Shown: piece by piece, positions 28,068 through 37,375 of the stretch | Numbering within the stretch: position 1 is the first letter of the stretch | Layout: each line of letters begins with the position of its first letter | The notes under the pieces: model-generated | The model's database searches: none | The model's input: only the letters and a program-made list of their open reading frames with translations | Told to the model about the DNA's origin: nothing | NCBI GenBank assembly: GCA_004796365.1 | Contig: QZLE01000074.1 | Span: forward strand, 12,028-76,027 | Length of the DNA stretch: 64,000 bases | Origin: Gammaproteobacteria bacterium | GTDB taxonomy: Bacteria > Pseudomonadota > Gammaproteobacteria > QZLD01 | Reading direction: 5' to 3' | Translations under genes and position numbers: made by a program

Positions 28068-30184
28068 TGGATAGTATGACAAACAAAATGCCAAAGATAC
28101 TTATAGTAGATGATCAGGAAATGAATATCTACGCCATGGAACAGGTGCTAAAAAATGTTGGCGCAGAGATCTTCACGGCTAAATCAGGTAATGAGGCTCT
28201 ATCCAGAATTCTTTACCACGATTTTGCACTAATACTGATGGATGTTCAGATGCCCGAAATGAACGGATTTGAGGCTGCTGAAATTATCCGTTCAAATGAT
28301 GAGACCAAATACACCCCTATCATATTTGTTACAGCAATAAACAAGGAAGAAAAATTTGTTGCACGAGGATACCAAACTGGCGCAGTGGATTATTTATTTA
28401 AGCCCGTTGATCCGGATATTCTTATAGCCAAAGTTAGCTTCTTTCTTGATTTGGCAAATGCGCATAATGAACTCAAAGAAAAGCAGTCGGAGCTGGAATT
28501 ATTAAATAACAAACTCATTGAAGAAAATGAAAGCCGTAAGAGAGCCGAAGAGGCTGCTCTAGAAGCAAGCAAGACAAAAAGCATGTTTTTAGCAAATATG
28601 AGTCATGAAATCAGAACCCCAATGAACGGGGTTATTGGTATGATAGGGCTCTTGCTTGATACGAACCTGTCTGATTTACAAAGAGAGTATGCGGAAGATG
28701 TTAAATTTTCTGCTGACTCATTACTTGGTATTATTAATGATATTCTCGATTTCTCAAAGATTGAAGCTGGCAAGCTAGACCTTGAGGTAATTGATTTTGA
28801 TTTACGAAACGCAATAAGTCACATTGTTTCTACTCTCAGACACAAAGCCCACGAAAAAGGTATTGCGATTAATTCTGAGATAGACGATCAAATTCCTTCT
28901 TCAATACGTGGTGACCCAACTAGACTAAGGCAAATCTTGCTCAACCTAACCGGGAATGCCATTAAGTTTACTCAGAAAGGCAGTGTAACGATCCAAATTC
29001 ATCTGGTTAGTGAGTCAACAAAAGACGCGACCATACGTTTTAATGTTATTGACACTGGAATAGGCATTGAAAACGAGCGACTAGGTAAGATTTTTGAGTC
29101 ATTTACCCAGGCTGATGACTCCACCACTAGGCAGTTTGGCGGTACAGGTCTTGGTTTAACAATATCTAAGCAGCTTATAGAGTTGATGAAAGGCTCTATT
29201 ACAGTTGAAAGCAAGATAAATGAGGGTACCAAATTTTCCTTTGAAGTAATGCTGGAAAAACAAAAGTTTGGAAGTAATGGTATTAGCCCGATTACTACTC
29301 AGCATGAGGATGATCAGCGAGCAGAGCAAAATACAATCGTACTTGATGATCAAAAAGTTGATAATCTTGGGACTGAAATTGTCGGCAAGAAGATTCTGAT
29401 TGTGGATAATGACCAGAAAACCCTAACAAATGTATCGACATTGCTTTACGATTTGGGATGTAATCCGCTTGTTACGCAAAGCGGAGCTGAAGCTATTGAT
29501 ATACTCATGACAACAGCGGCTAATAACGGCATTGATGTTGTATTAATTGATTCAATTCTATCTGACATGGACGGCTCTGATCTCGGCCAAAAAATACGGG
29601 GTATGAAACTTACATATACTCCTAAGCTAATAATGTCTACTGCAGTAGGGAAAAGAGGAGAGGGGGCCAAAGCTAAGGAGATAGGTTTTAGCGGTTATCT
29701 TTCAAAGCCAACAACGTCATCTCAATTGCATGACACAATCAGTGCGGTTATCCAAAGCAAAGAGAGCGACGATTCGTTTATTACCAAATACTCTTTTGCT
29801 GAAGCACAAAAAAGAGACGCCAACATTCTTCTTGTTGAGGATAACCAAATAAATAGAACTGTAGCTTCCGTAATAATCAAAAAATTTGGCTGCATGGTTG
29901 ATACTTCTACAAATGGCGAAGAGGCCATAAAGGCGCACCTTGAAAAGGATTATGACATCATACTAATGGATTGTGAGATGCCTGTAATGGATGGCTTCGA
30001 AGCAACAAAAAGCATTAGAGCAATGGATAATCATAAGAAGGACATACCAATAATTGCAATTACTGCATATGCAATGGAGGGAGATAGAGAAAAGTGTATT
30101 TCTGCGGGAATGGATGATCACATCACAAAACCTATTACAGCAAACGTATTAACAGGCCTGCTTGAAAGGTGGCTAAAAAAATAA
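28067..30184 (+). CDS. Soluble hybrid histidine kinase with architecture REC, coiled coil, HisKA, HATPase, REC, REC
   Basis: 705 aa. N-terminal REC ILIVDDQ...[15 protein letters not shown]...LFKP; H-box [14 protein letters not shown]; G-box [13 protein letters not shown]; middle [28 protein letters not shown]; C-terminal [28 protein letters not shown]. No TM or sensory domain is seen. The GTG start shares a base with the upstream TAG; ATG 28076 is an alternative start. Confidence 0.9.
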   Translation: MDSMTNKMPKILIVDDQEMNIYAMEQVLKNVGAEIFTAKSGNEALSRILYHDFALILMDVQMPEMNGFEAAEIIRSNDETKYTPIIFVTAINKEEKFVARGYQTGAVDYLFKPVDPDILIAKVSFFLDLANAHNELKEKQSELELLNNKLIEENESRKRAEEAALEASKTKSMFLANMSHEIRTPMNGVIGMIGLLLDTNLSDLQREYAEDVKFSADSLLGIINDILDFSKIEAGKLDLEVIDFDLRNAISHIVSTLRHKAHEKGIAINSEIDDQIPSSIRGDPTRLRQILLNLTGNAIKFTQKGSVTIQIHLVSESTKDATIRFNVIDTGIGIENERLGKIFESFTQADDSTTRQFGGTGLGLTISKQLIELMKGSITVESKINEGTKFSFEVMLEKQKFGSNGISPITTQHEDDQRAEQNTIVLDDQKVDNLGTEIVGKKILIVDNDQKTLTNVSTLLYDLGCNPLVTQSGAEAIDILMTTAANNGIDVVLIDSILSDMDGSDLGQKIRGMKLTYTPKLIMSTAVGKRGEGAKAKEIGFSGYLSKPTTSSQLHDTISAVIQSKESDDSFITKYSFAEAQKRDANILLVEDNQINRTVASVIIKKFGCMVDTSTNGEEAIKAHLEKDYDIILMDCEMPVMDGFEATKSIRAMDNHKKDIPIIAITAYAMEGDREKCISAGMDDHITKPITANVLTGLLERWLKK

Positions 30185-32847
30185 TGGCAGCAGAAAACGC
30201 AGAAAATACAAACCTTGTTATTGAAATGCTAAAGCATGAGATTGAGTATCTCAATGTTACAGTTCGCCTCGTAAAAGGTGAGCTCGAAAAAGAACGCAGC
30301 CACCGTAAAATTTTACAACTTCAACTTAAATCTGGTTCCATAGATACTGATCAACTTGAGTCTGATATAGAATCTATGAATGCTCCTGTTCATAGTAAAG
30401 ATATGTATTCTTTATTAGAACTAGAGGAACTTCTAAAGTATTTTGAAGAAAGCATTTCAGGTCTTTCTTCTGTCGATGGTTTCTTGTTCAATATAATTGA
30501 TTCAAGCAAGGAAAACCTAATTTGTGAACGCATCAAATTACCGCCAGCATATTATGGTGTAGAAGCCATGTATCGGAATTATAAATTCCCTTTAAGGCAG
30601 TTTGATGCAAACGTACATGCCTTTCGAGATCAGGTAACAATTTCAGTCGATGAGTCAAATCTAGACAACTATTCAGAAAGCACAAAAACACGATTTGAAC
30701 GCTGGAAAATGGAAAAGATGTTGGTAATTCCGATTATTCCTAATGATCGAGTCGACCCAATCGGCACACTTATGGTTTTTTCCCAGGATGGAAATATTGA
30801 TTCAAATTCAGTAAATTACATCGAAAAGCTACTACAAAATCTTCTTGTTCCGCTTAGCAACGCAATAAAATTTACAAGCCTTAAACGCAGAGAAAATAAT
30901 ATCAAACAGATAGAGGAAGAGCATATGCGTTTTTTGAGGTTTGTAGTTGAAATTAATAATCTAAATAATGTAGAACTCATTAGAGAGATAGTCTGCGAAG
31001 AGTTTTTATCAAGCTTCAATTTCGATGTTGCTTCACTTTTTATTCAGGAAGACGACAAATTAAAATGTTGTAAAACTGTCGTAAGTGAAGATGAATACAA
31101 CGATATTCAATCACAATGGACAGATTATTTTTGCAATGTTGACTATGAACTGAGTCTTAAAGACGGGAGTCCACCAACCTGTTTTTTGCAAAATGCGATT
31201 CAGCACATACCTGATACTGAAGAAATCATTCATCTTCCAATGTCAAAAATAGATCGCGACATTATTAATATAATGGGCGGCACGCCACATACAATGCTTT
31301 GCCTCCCTATTAGAGAACACTACCACCCTGTAGGTGTATTATGGATGTTTAGCTTGAAAAATCCTGTAAAGCTTACAGATCAACAACTAAAACTAATCGA
31401 GCTTTTATGTGTATTTGTGGGTGCAGAGATGGCGAATGCACAACTTTATACAACTGTTGAGCGCCAAAATATTGAGATTGAAGCGCTAAATCTTGACATG
31501 AGTGCTACTGTAAATGAACTTGAAGAGCACAAAAATAATCTGCAGTATCTGGTTAACGAAAAGACATATGACATAACGCTTGCAAAAAACGAAGCTGAAA
31601 GGGCCAATGCTGCAAAGTCAGAATTTTTAGCAAATATGTCTCATGAGCTTCGCACACCTCTAAATAGTATGCTAATGCTCACAAAGTTGATATTAAACGA
31701 TGATGAAAAAAACTTAACCCCTAATCAACTCGAGTATGCAAAAATAATTTACGAAAGTGGACAGAATCTTCTTCAGCTAATTAACGATATTCTCGATATA
31801 TCAAAAGCAGAATCTGGAAAGATGCAGATTGATCTGCTGAAGATTAATCTAATTGATCATCTGAATAGTATTATAGATATGTACAAAATATCAGTACATA
31901 AACAGCAGTTGTTCCTCAGACTCGATTTGAAGCAAAACATACCAACCTTTATTTATTCTGACCCACAGCGTTTAGAGCAAGTTATTGTGAATTTATTATC
32001 CAATGCAATGAAATTCACAAATAAAGGCGGCATTACAATCACTATATATTCACCTTTAAATAGTGAACTCTCAGAAGTACTGCCCGTTAAAGCAAGCACT
32101 GAATTTATTGCTATAACCGTTGAAGATACTGGTATAGGCATTTCGCCTGAAAAGCAAAAAAATATATTTGATGCGTTTATGCAAGCAGATGGATCAATAA
32201 GCAGAAATTATGGAGGAACAGGACTTGGTCTAGCTATCAGCAAAGAAATCTGCACATTGTTAAATGGAACAATAACTTTAGAATCTTCTGAAGGGCAGGG
32301 GAGTAAATTTACCGTATACTTACCTGTTGATCCCAAAGAAGCAAGTAAAGCCGATTCAGAGAGCGATGACCAATCGCTACTTTTAGCAACCAAGGAGCAG
32401 GTCGAGAAAATTAAAATTGAAGATATAAGAAAAGAAATGCCTGAAATCAATAAACCAGAGCAAGAATCAGAAAGTGAAGAGCAGAAAGAACAAATAATTA
32501 CTGGTGAGCATATCGATGGCCTTCCTATACTTATACTAGATAATGATATGCGCAATGCCTATATATTAGCCAATCAGTTACGACAAAAAGGGATGCATGT
32601 TGAGCTTGCTGATAGCGTGGAACTTGCAATTAATAAAATTAATGAAATTGAGTACATACACATAGCGATGATAAAGGGAATTGGTAATATTAAAAAAATT
32701 AAAAGTAACGTCGCTGAGGACACTATAATAATAGGCACTGATAACAACAACGACTTGAAGCATATCCAGGAAAATGGAGCCAGTATAAGCCTACAATACC
32801 CAGTTAACCCAGAAGCATTAGTTGCTGAATTACACCAGATGGATTAA
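30184..32847 (+). CDS. Cytoplasmic tandem-GAF histidine kinase with a C-terminal pseudo-receiver
   Basis: ATG 30184 overlaps the upstream stop (TAATG); the track ORF starts at 30169. It has an N-terminal coiled coil and two GAF-like blocks homologous to those in the 8006 and 60591 kinases. H-box ANMSHELRTPLNSM; G-box GGTGLGLAISKEI. The C-terminal ILILDND...IHIAMIKG domain lacks the phospho-acceptor Asp. Confidence 0.88.
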   Translation: MAAENAENTNLVIEMLKHEIEYLNVTVRLVKGELEKERSHRKILQLQLKSGSIDTDQLESDIESMNAPVHSKDMYSLLELEELLKYFEESISGLSSVDGFLFNIIDSSKENLICERIKLPPAYYGVEAMYRNYKFPLRQFDANVHAFRDQVTISVDESNLDNYSESTKTRFERWKMEKMLVIPIIPNDRVDPIGTLMVFSQDGNIDSNSVNYIEKLLQNLLVPLSNAIKFTSLKRRENNIKQIEEEHMRFLRFVVEINNLNNVELIREIVCEEFLSSFNFDVASLFIQEDDKLKCCKTVVSEDEYNDIQSQWTDYFCNVDYELSLKDGSPPTCFLQNAIQHIPDTEEIIHLPMSKIDRDIINIMGGTPHTMLCLPIREHYHPVGVLWMFSLKNPVKLTDQQLKLIELLCVFVGAEMANAQLYTTVERQNIEIEALNLDMSATVNELEEHKNNLQYLVNEKTYDITLAKNEAERANAAKSEFLANMSHELRTPLNSMLMLTKLILNDDEKNLTPNQLEYAKIIYESGQNLLQLINDILDISKAESGKMQIDLLKINLIDHLNSIIDMYKISVHKQQLFLRLDLKQNIPTFIYSDPQRLEQVIVNLLSNAMKFTNKGGITITIYSPLNSELSEVLPVKASTEFIAITVEDTGIGISPEKQKNIFDAFMQADGSISRNYGGTGLGLAISKEICTLLNGTITLESSEGQGSKFTVYLPVDPKEASKADSESDDQSLLLATKEQVEKIKIEDIRKEMPEINKPEQESESEEQKEQIITGEHIDGLPILILDNDMRNAYILANQLRQKGMHVELADSVELAINKINEIEYIHIAMIKGIGNIKKIKSNVAEDTIIIGTDNNNDLKHIQENGASISLQYPVNPEALVAELHQMD

Positions 32848-32849
32848 AG

Positions 32850-34988
32850 ATGTCAGAAGATAAGGTCAAAGTTCTAGTAGTAGATGACATTGAAGCAAAC
32901 CTGTTTGCTATGCAGCAGGTGCTAAAACCAATTGATGGTATAGAGATAATAACAGCTTCAAATGGCCGAGATGCATTAGATATTCTCAATGAACAAGAAA
33001 TTGCATTGGTCTTTTTGGATGTTCAGATGCCCGAAATGAATGGCTACGAGGTGGCCAGCAAAATTCAGGAGCTAGAAAACTATAATTGTGATGTGCCGAT
33101 AATACTGGTAACAGCTATAAATACAGAGGAAGAGTTTATATCAAACGGTTATCAAAGTGGTGCAATCGATTATATTTCTAAGCCAGTTAATAATGATATT
33201 TTAATAAAAAAGACTAAGGCGTTTGTTAAGTTATTTGAAAATAAGAAAAAGCTTGAGCAAGCAAATAAGCAGTTACAAATACTTTCAAACAAAAACGAAT
33301 CAATTCTGACCTTTGCAGGTGAAGGGATATTAGTTATATCTAAAGATGGTGCAATAATGCTTTCAAATCCCGCATCACAAAAGCTACTTGAGGTTGAGGA
33401 ATCCGAGATCATTGGCATGTCGATATGCGATATTATAACTACAGATGAAACAAAAAAGTATGGCTGGAATGACTCCGTACTTTACAAATGCGCTAACAAC
33501 AATAATACCTACCATATTGATAACACAGAATTTAGAAAAATAAATGGTCAGCGATTTCCGGTCGATTATACATTTTCACCTATAAAAGATGATCCAGATA
33601 CAGCAGGTATGATAATCTTCCGTGATATATCAATAAGAAAACATGCTGAAGAACAGCTAATAAAATTAGCAAGATATGACTCATTGACAGGCCTTGCCAA
33701 CAGATCTGTATTTAAAGATTCACTTGTCAGATCAATGGCTCGCGCGGCACGCCAAAAGCAGATGGTTGGTGTGATGTTTTTAGATCTTGATCACTTCAAA
33801 GAAGTAAATGATAAACACGGACATACCATCGGAGATCAGTTACTTATCAGTGTTGCCAATAGGTTACAAAAATGCATCAGAACAAATGATATGGCAGCAC
33901 GACTAGGTGGCGATGAGTTTGCAATAATTTTGGATTTGATCTCTTCATCTGATAATGCCGCCCATATCGCGCAAAAGATTATTGATACCGTTGGCGGGCA
34001 GCATGAGCTAGATGGAATATCAGTTTATATCAGCCCAAGCATCGGTATTACAATCTATCCAGGCGAAAGTGAAACCCCGGAAGATATCCTTAAATCTGCC
34101 GATTCTGCGATGTATCGTGCTAAAGAAGTTGGGCGTAATAATTATCAATTCTACGATAGAAAGATGTATGAAAAGGCCAGAGAGCGCGCACATCTGGAGA
34201 ATGAACTCAAAATTGCTACGATGCGTAATGATTTTGAACTATATTATCAGCCGCAAATATCGTCTAAAACCGGGCAAATATGCGGTTTAGAGGCGTTGCT
34301 AAGGTGGCCGCATTATGACTTTGGTATGGTTTCACCAGCTGTATTTATTCCAGCGGCTGAAAGCACCGGTCTCATCACGACAATTGGCGAATGGGTGTTG
34401 AGAACTGTATGCCAGCAGACACATGAATGGGTTGAGAAAGGTATTACAGGGCTTGATTTAACCGTTGCTTTAAACGTATCTACCAGGCAATTGCGAGATG
34501 GCACATTTGCAAAAATGGTAGAGGAGGTCATTAAAACATCACACCTTGAACCAAATCAGGTAGAAATTGAAATAACAGAAAGTACTATTATGGACGACCC
34601 TGAAACAGCAATTGCCGAATTGCAAAAGGTCCATGATCTAGGTGTTAAGATTGCAATGGACGATTTCGGTACTGGCTTTTCATCCTTAAGCTATTTGAAT
34701 ATGCTACCAATAGACACAATTAAGATAGACCAGAGTTTTACGAAAGATATCGGAGAAGATCCGAAAGATGAAGCAATAGTAAAAGCCATTATTGGTTTGG
34801 CGCATACCTTAGGGTTAAAGGTGATTGCAGAAGGTGTTGAGGAAGAATATCACGTTAATTTCTTGCGCGAAAACGGATGCGATATCTTGCAAGGTTACTT
34901 CTATAGTAGGCCGGTAGCTGTCGATATTATTACCGAGCTACTTACAGAAAATGACAGTGACCATAACAACACAGTACCAAAAAGTTAA
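32850..34988 (+). CDS. Response regulator with REC-PAS-GGDEF-EAL architecture (c-di-GMP turnover)
   Basis: 712 aa. [28 protein letters not shown]; PAS; GGDEF with RTNDMAARLGGDEFAIIL (intact I-site and A-site); EAL with EALLRW, EITES and DDFGTGFSS. Confidence 0.93.
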   Translation: MSEDKVKVLVVDDIEANLFAMQQVLKPIDGIEIITASNGRDALDILNEQEIALVFLDVQMPEMNGYEVASKIQELENYNCDVPIILVTAINTEEEFISNGYQSGAIDYISKPVNNDILIKKTKAFVKLFENKKKLEQANKQLQILSNKNESILTFAGEGILVISKDGAIMLSNPASQKLLEVEESEIIGMSICDIITTDETKKYGWNDSVLYKCANNNNTYHIDNTEFRKINGQRFPVDYTFSPIKDDPDTAGMIIFRDISIRKHAEEQLIKLARYDSLTGLANRSVFKDSLVRSMARAARQKQMVGVMFLDLDHFKEVNDKHGHTIGDQLLISVANRLQKCIRTNDMAARLGGDEFAIILDLISSSDNAAHIAQKIIDTVGGQHELDGISVYISPSIGITIYPGESETPEDILKSADSAMYRAKEVGRNNYQFYDRKMYEKARERAHLENELKIATMRNDFELYYQPQISSKTGQICGLEALLRWPHYDFGMVSPAVFIPAAESTGLITTIGEWVLRTVCQQTHEWVEKGITGLDLTVALNVSTRQLRDGTFAKMVEEVIKTSHLEPNQVEIEITESTIMDDPETAIAELQKVHDLGVKIAMDDFGTGFSSLSYLNMLPIDTIKIDQSFTKDIGEDPKDEAIVKAIIGLAHTLGLKVIAEGVEEEYHVNFLRENGCDILQGYFYSRPVAVDIITELLTENDSDHNNTVPKS

Positions 34989-35273
34989 CTTACCGAGAAT
35001 AAATTGGCAGCTTAGAATAAACATAATATGAGCACAAAGCCTATTTAACATAATATGTATTATGCGCAATTAGATATAGAGGCACGGCTGCTTTGTATTG
35101 CATTATTTCTGTTTACTGGAGTATAAATAATTATACGTGCAGATTATTGTTTTATATGTAAAATCTAGAACTTTTATCCAACATAACTACTCTAATATTA
35201 AAGGAGAAATGCATTTTAAACCCTAGAATATGGATTGAAATAGTTCTTGTTAATATGAATAAAGGCAGCAACA

Positions 35274-35498
35274 ATGTTAAATAGTTTCGTTTATTCCACT
35301 TATGATGAGAATACTGAAAGCTGGGAAATTAATAGGAATGGATTTGTCTTTAAGTGCACATATATTCCTGGTGATGACTGGGTTGAGGTTTATTGCCCGG
35401 AAATATCAAGCGTACCACAAGGAGCTGAAGCCAAAAAAATGGACTATCATAGAATAGCTGATTTTCTGGCTTCAGAAATACTTAGATACGCTGCATGA
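35274..35498 (+). CDS. Hypothetical small protein (74 aa)
   Basis: This is an ORF only, with no recognisable motif. It lies in an AT-rich gap, and AAAGGCAGCAACA precedes the ATG with a weak Shine-Dalgarno. Confidence 0.3.
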   Translation: MLNSFVYSTYDENTESWEINRNGFVFKCTYIPGDDWVEVYCPEISSVPQGAEAKKMDYHRIADFLASEILRYAA

Positions 35499-35511
35499 CA
35501 CCTCAAAGAAT

Positions 35512-35919
35512 TTAAGCAAATCTATCCTTTTTAGAAGTGGTTAAAGAATTAAGACCGCTTTTGCGGACTCTTTTAATGTTTGAGCGAGCAAGAACCTTAT
35601 ACTCATCTACTACATCTTCACCAAGAACTTTCAAATCTTTCATATCATGACTGAGTTTATACATTAACGCATTTCTCATCTCAGCTTGATTGATTAGATA
35701 CGCTTTAAGCGGCTCACTTCCATCTTTTAGTTGAGATAGCTGGCTAACTTGGTCAGCGCTATACGCGTAACAATCAGTTAACTTATGCGTATTGTAATTA
35801 CCGCACTTTTGTATTGTTTCGACAGCAAAATTAATTGTCGATTTCACGTTTGGCGCTGTTGTTTCGGCATAGTTTTTTAGGTAGTTATCTACCTGTTTTT
35901 TAAGTTTTTGGTTGATCAT
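35512..35919 (-). CDS. Hypothetical protein (135 aa, predicted helical and soluble)
   Basis: This is an ORF with a codon pattern similar to its neighbours, but I recognise no family. Confidence 0.4.
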   Translation of the reverse strand: MINQKLKKQVDNYLKNYAETTAPNVKSTINFAVETIQKCGNYNTHKLTDCYAYSADQVSQLSQLKDGSEPLKAYLINQAEMRNALMYKLSHDMKDLKVLGEDVVDEYKVLARSNIKRVRKSGLNSLTTSKKDRFA

Positions 35920-36119
35920 CAGTCAATTCCAGCTAAATATCGGTATAACAATTAACATCCTGTGAAAAAAACGTATGTCCATACCTTAGTAATTATTATC
36001 CAAATAACTGCTGCACCGCAACATACCAGTTCATATTTCTGGGGAAAATATTCACTCATTAAACTGCAAAGTTAATCTTAATTATAAATATGCGCAGTAA
36101 TGCAATGATATTAAATGAT

Positions 36120-36170
36120 AATATGCGTTCAAAAAAATGATATATCAGATAATAATTCTGAACGCATATT
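36120..36170. repeat. 12-bp perfect inverted repeat just 3' of the EamA gene
   Basis: AATATGCGTTCA (36120..36131) pairs with TGAACGCATATT (36159..36170) around a 27-nt loop. A third direct copy of AATATGCG lies at 36087..36094. Confidence 0.6.
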
Positions 36171-36173
36171 TAT

Positions 36174-37055
36174 CTATTCAGCTATTTTTTTTGCACTTTC
36201 TTGTTTGGTTAATACAAAAAGTGCTAAGCCAATTATTACAATTGCCAAGCCGATCCATTGTTGATTTATTACTTTTTCATTATTTGCAAACACACCCAAA
36301 AGCATTGCAAAAACTGGTGTCATAAGTGTTATCAAACCAACACTTACTACATTCATTTTTTGCAGAACGAAATAATATGCTATAAATCCGATTACTGATC
36401 CCCCTATTGCTAGATAGATTATAGATAACATATTAATTATGCTTATATGATTTGGTATTGTGCCGTCTATGCATGCCCACGCAACAATATAAAAAGCAGA
36501 TGATACAAACAATGTACCTGTTGTTTGCCCTAGTGGATGTAACTCAGTACCTGTTAGCTTCACGCATATTGTACTTACATTGAATAGAAGTACAGCAAAT
36601 AATATTATTGCTATTCCTGTTAACCCAGCGCTTTCATTGACATTTTTTCCAAATACTAAGGATAGTCCTGCTATTGATATAATGATTGAAAAAACTTTTT
36701 TAGTAGTGAGGAACTGCTCCTTTAGTATCAATGCCGCAAGAATCGCAGAAATAATCGGTGTTAACCCAAACATTATAGAGATTAGACCGGACGGGACATA
36801 AGCTGACCCCCAATAAACACAAAGTAATCCACCAAATGCCCCTATTGCTCCCGATATATATGCAGCAATAGATTTTTTATCAAAAGGAATGGCTATTTTG
36901 AACAGCTTGCAAGTTGCATATGCAAAAAATGCCGCAGCTACCATACGTAAAGTTACAGCAGCAACAAAGCTCACACTTCCTGAGCTGAGAGTTATAGCAA
37001 GTGGTGTTGTTGACCAAATTACAACGACTAATATATAGCAAGCTATGATCGGCAT
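36174..37055 (-). CDS. EamA/DMT-superfamily transporter
   Basis: 293 aa, about 10 TM helices in two internally similar halves, as is typical of EamA-domain duplication. Confidence 0.8.
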   Translation of the reverse strand: MPIIACYILVVVIWSTTPLAITLSSGSVSFVAAVTLRMVAAAFFAYATCKLFKIAIPFDKKSIAAYISGAIGAFGGLLCVYWGSAYVPSGLISIMFGLTPIISAILAALILKEQFLTTKKVFSIIISIAGLSLVFGKNVNESAGLTGIAIILFAVLLFNVSTICVKLTGTELHPLGQTTGTLFVSSAFYIVAWACIDGTIPNHISIINMLSIIYLAIGGSVIGFIAYYFVLQKMNVVSVGLITLMTPVFAMLLGVFANNEKVINQQWIGLAIVIIGLALFVLTKQESAKKIAE

Positions 37056-37091
37056 TTTATTTACTCCTATTGTTGTGCAGATAAAAGCCGC

Positions 37092-37124
37092 AAAAAAAAA
37101 CCGCAGCTTTTAGGCTGCGGTTTT
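37092..37124 (-). terminator. Rho-independent terminator downstream of the S8 peptidase gene
   Basis: CCGCAGC (37101..37107), loop TTTTAG, GCTGCGG (37114..37120). On the minus strand the stem is followed by a 9-nt U-tract (the A-run at 37092..37100). Confidence 0.7.
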
Positions 37125-37375
37125 AGAAAATCTTTTGGAATCTTGTAGGTTCTAACCGCAGCAATAACGTGCACGAAACGCCCATGCAAAATGTTTTGCA
37201 TGTTTAGGCATATTTCGTACGACTGTTGCAATTAGAGTCTTCATGTAATTCCTACAAATTTGGTTTACATATAGATAATATGCGGAGTTTATTCTTATAG
37301 CAATAATATATTTAAAAAAATACCGCGCCTATAAAAATAGGGGCGGTATTTTTAATCAAATTTGGTTGCAGATTA

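Noticed and set aside
35274-35919. The two small adjacent ORFs as a toxin-antitoxin pair
   Set aside because: They are convergent (stops 13 nt apart) rather than co-transcribed, and neither shows a known toxin or antitoxin motif.
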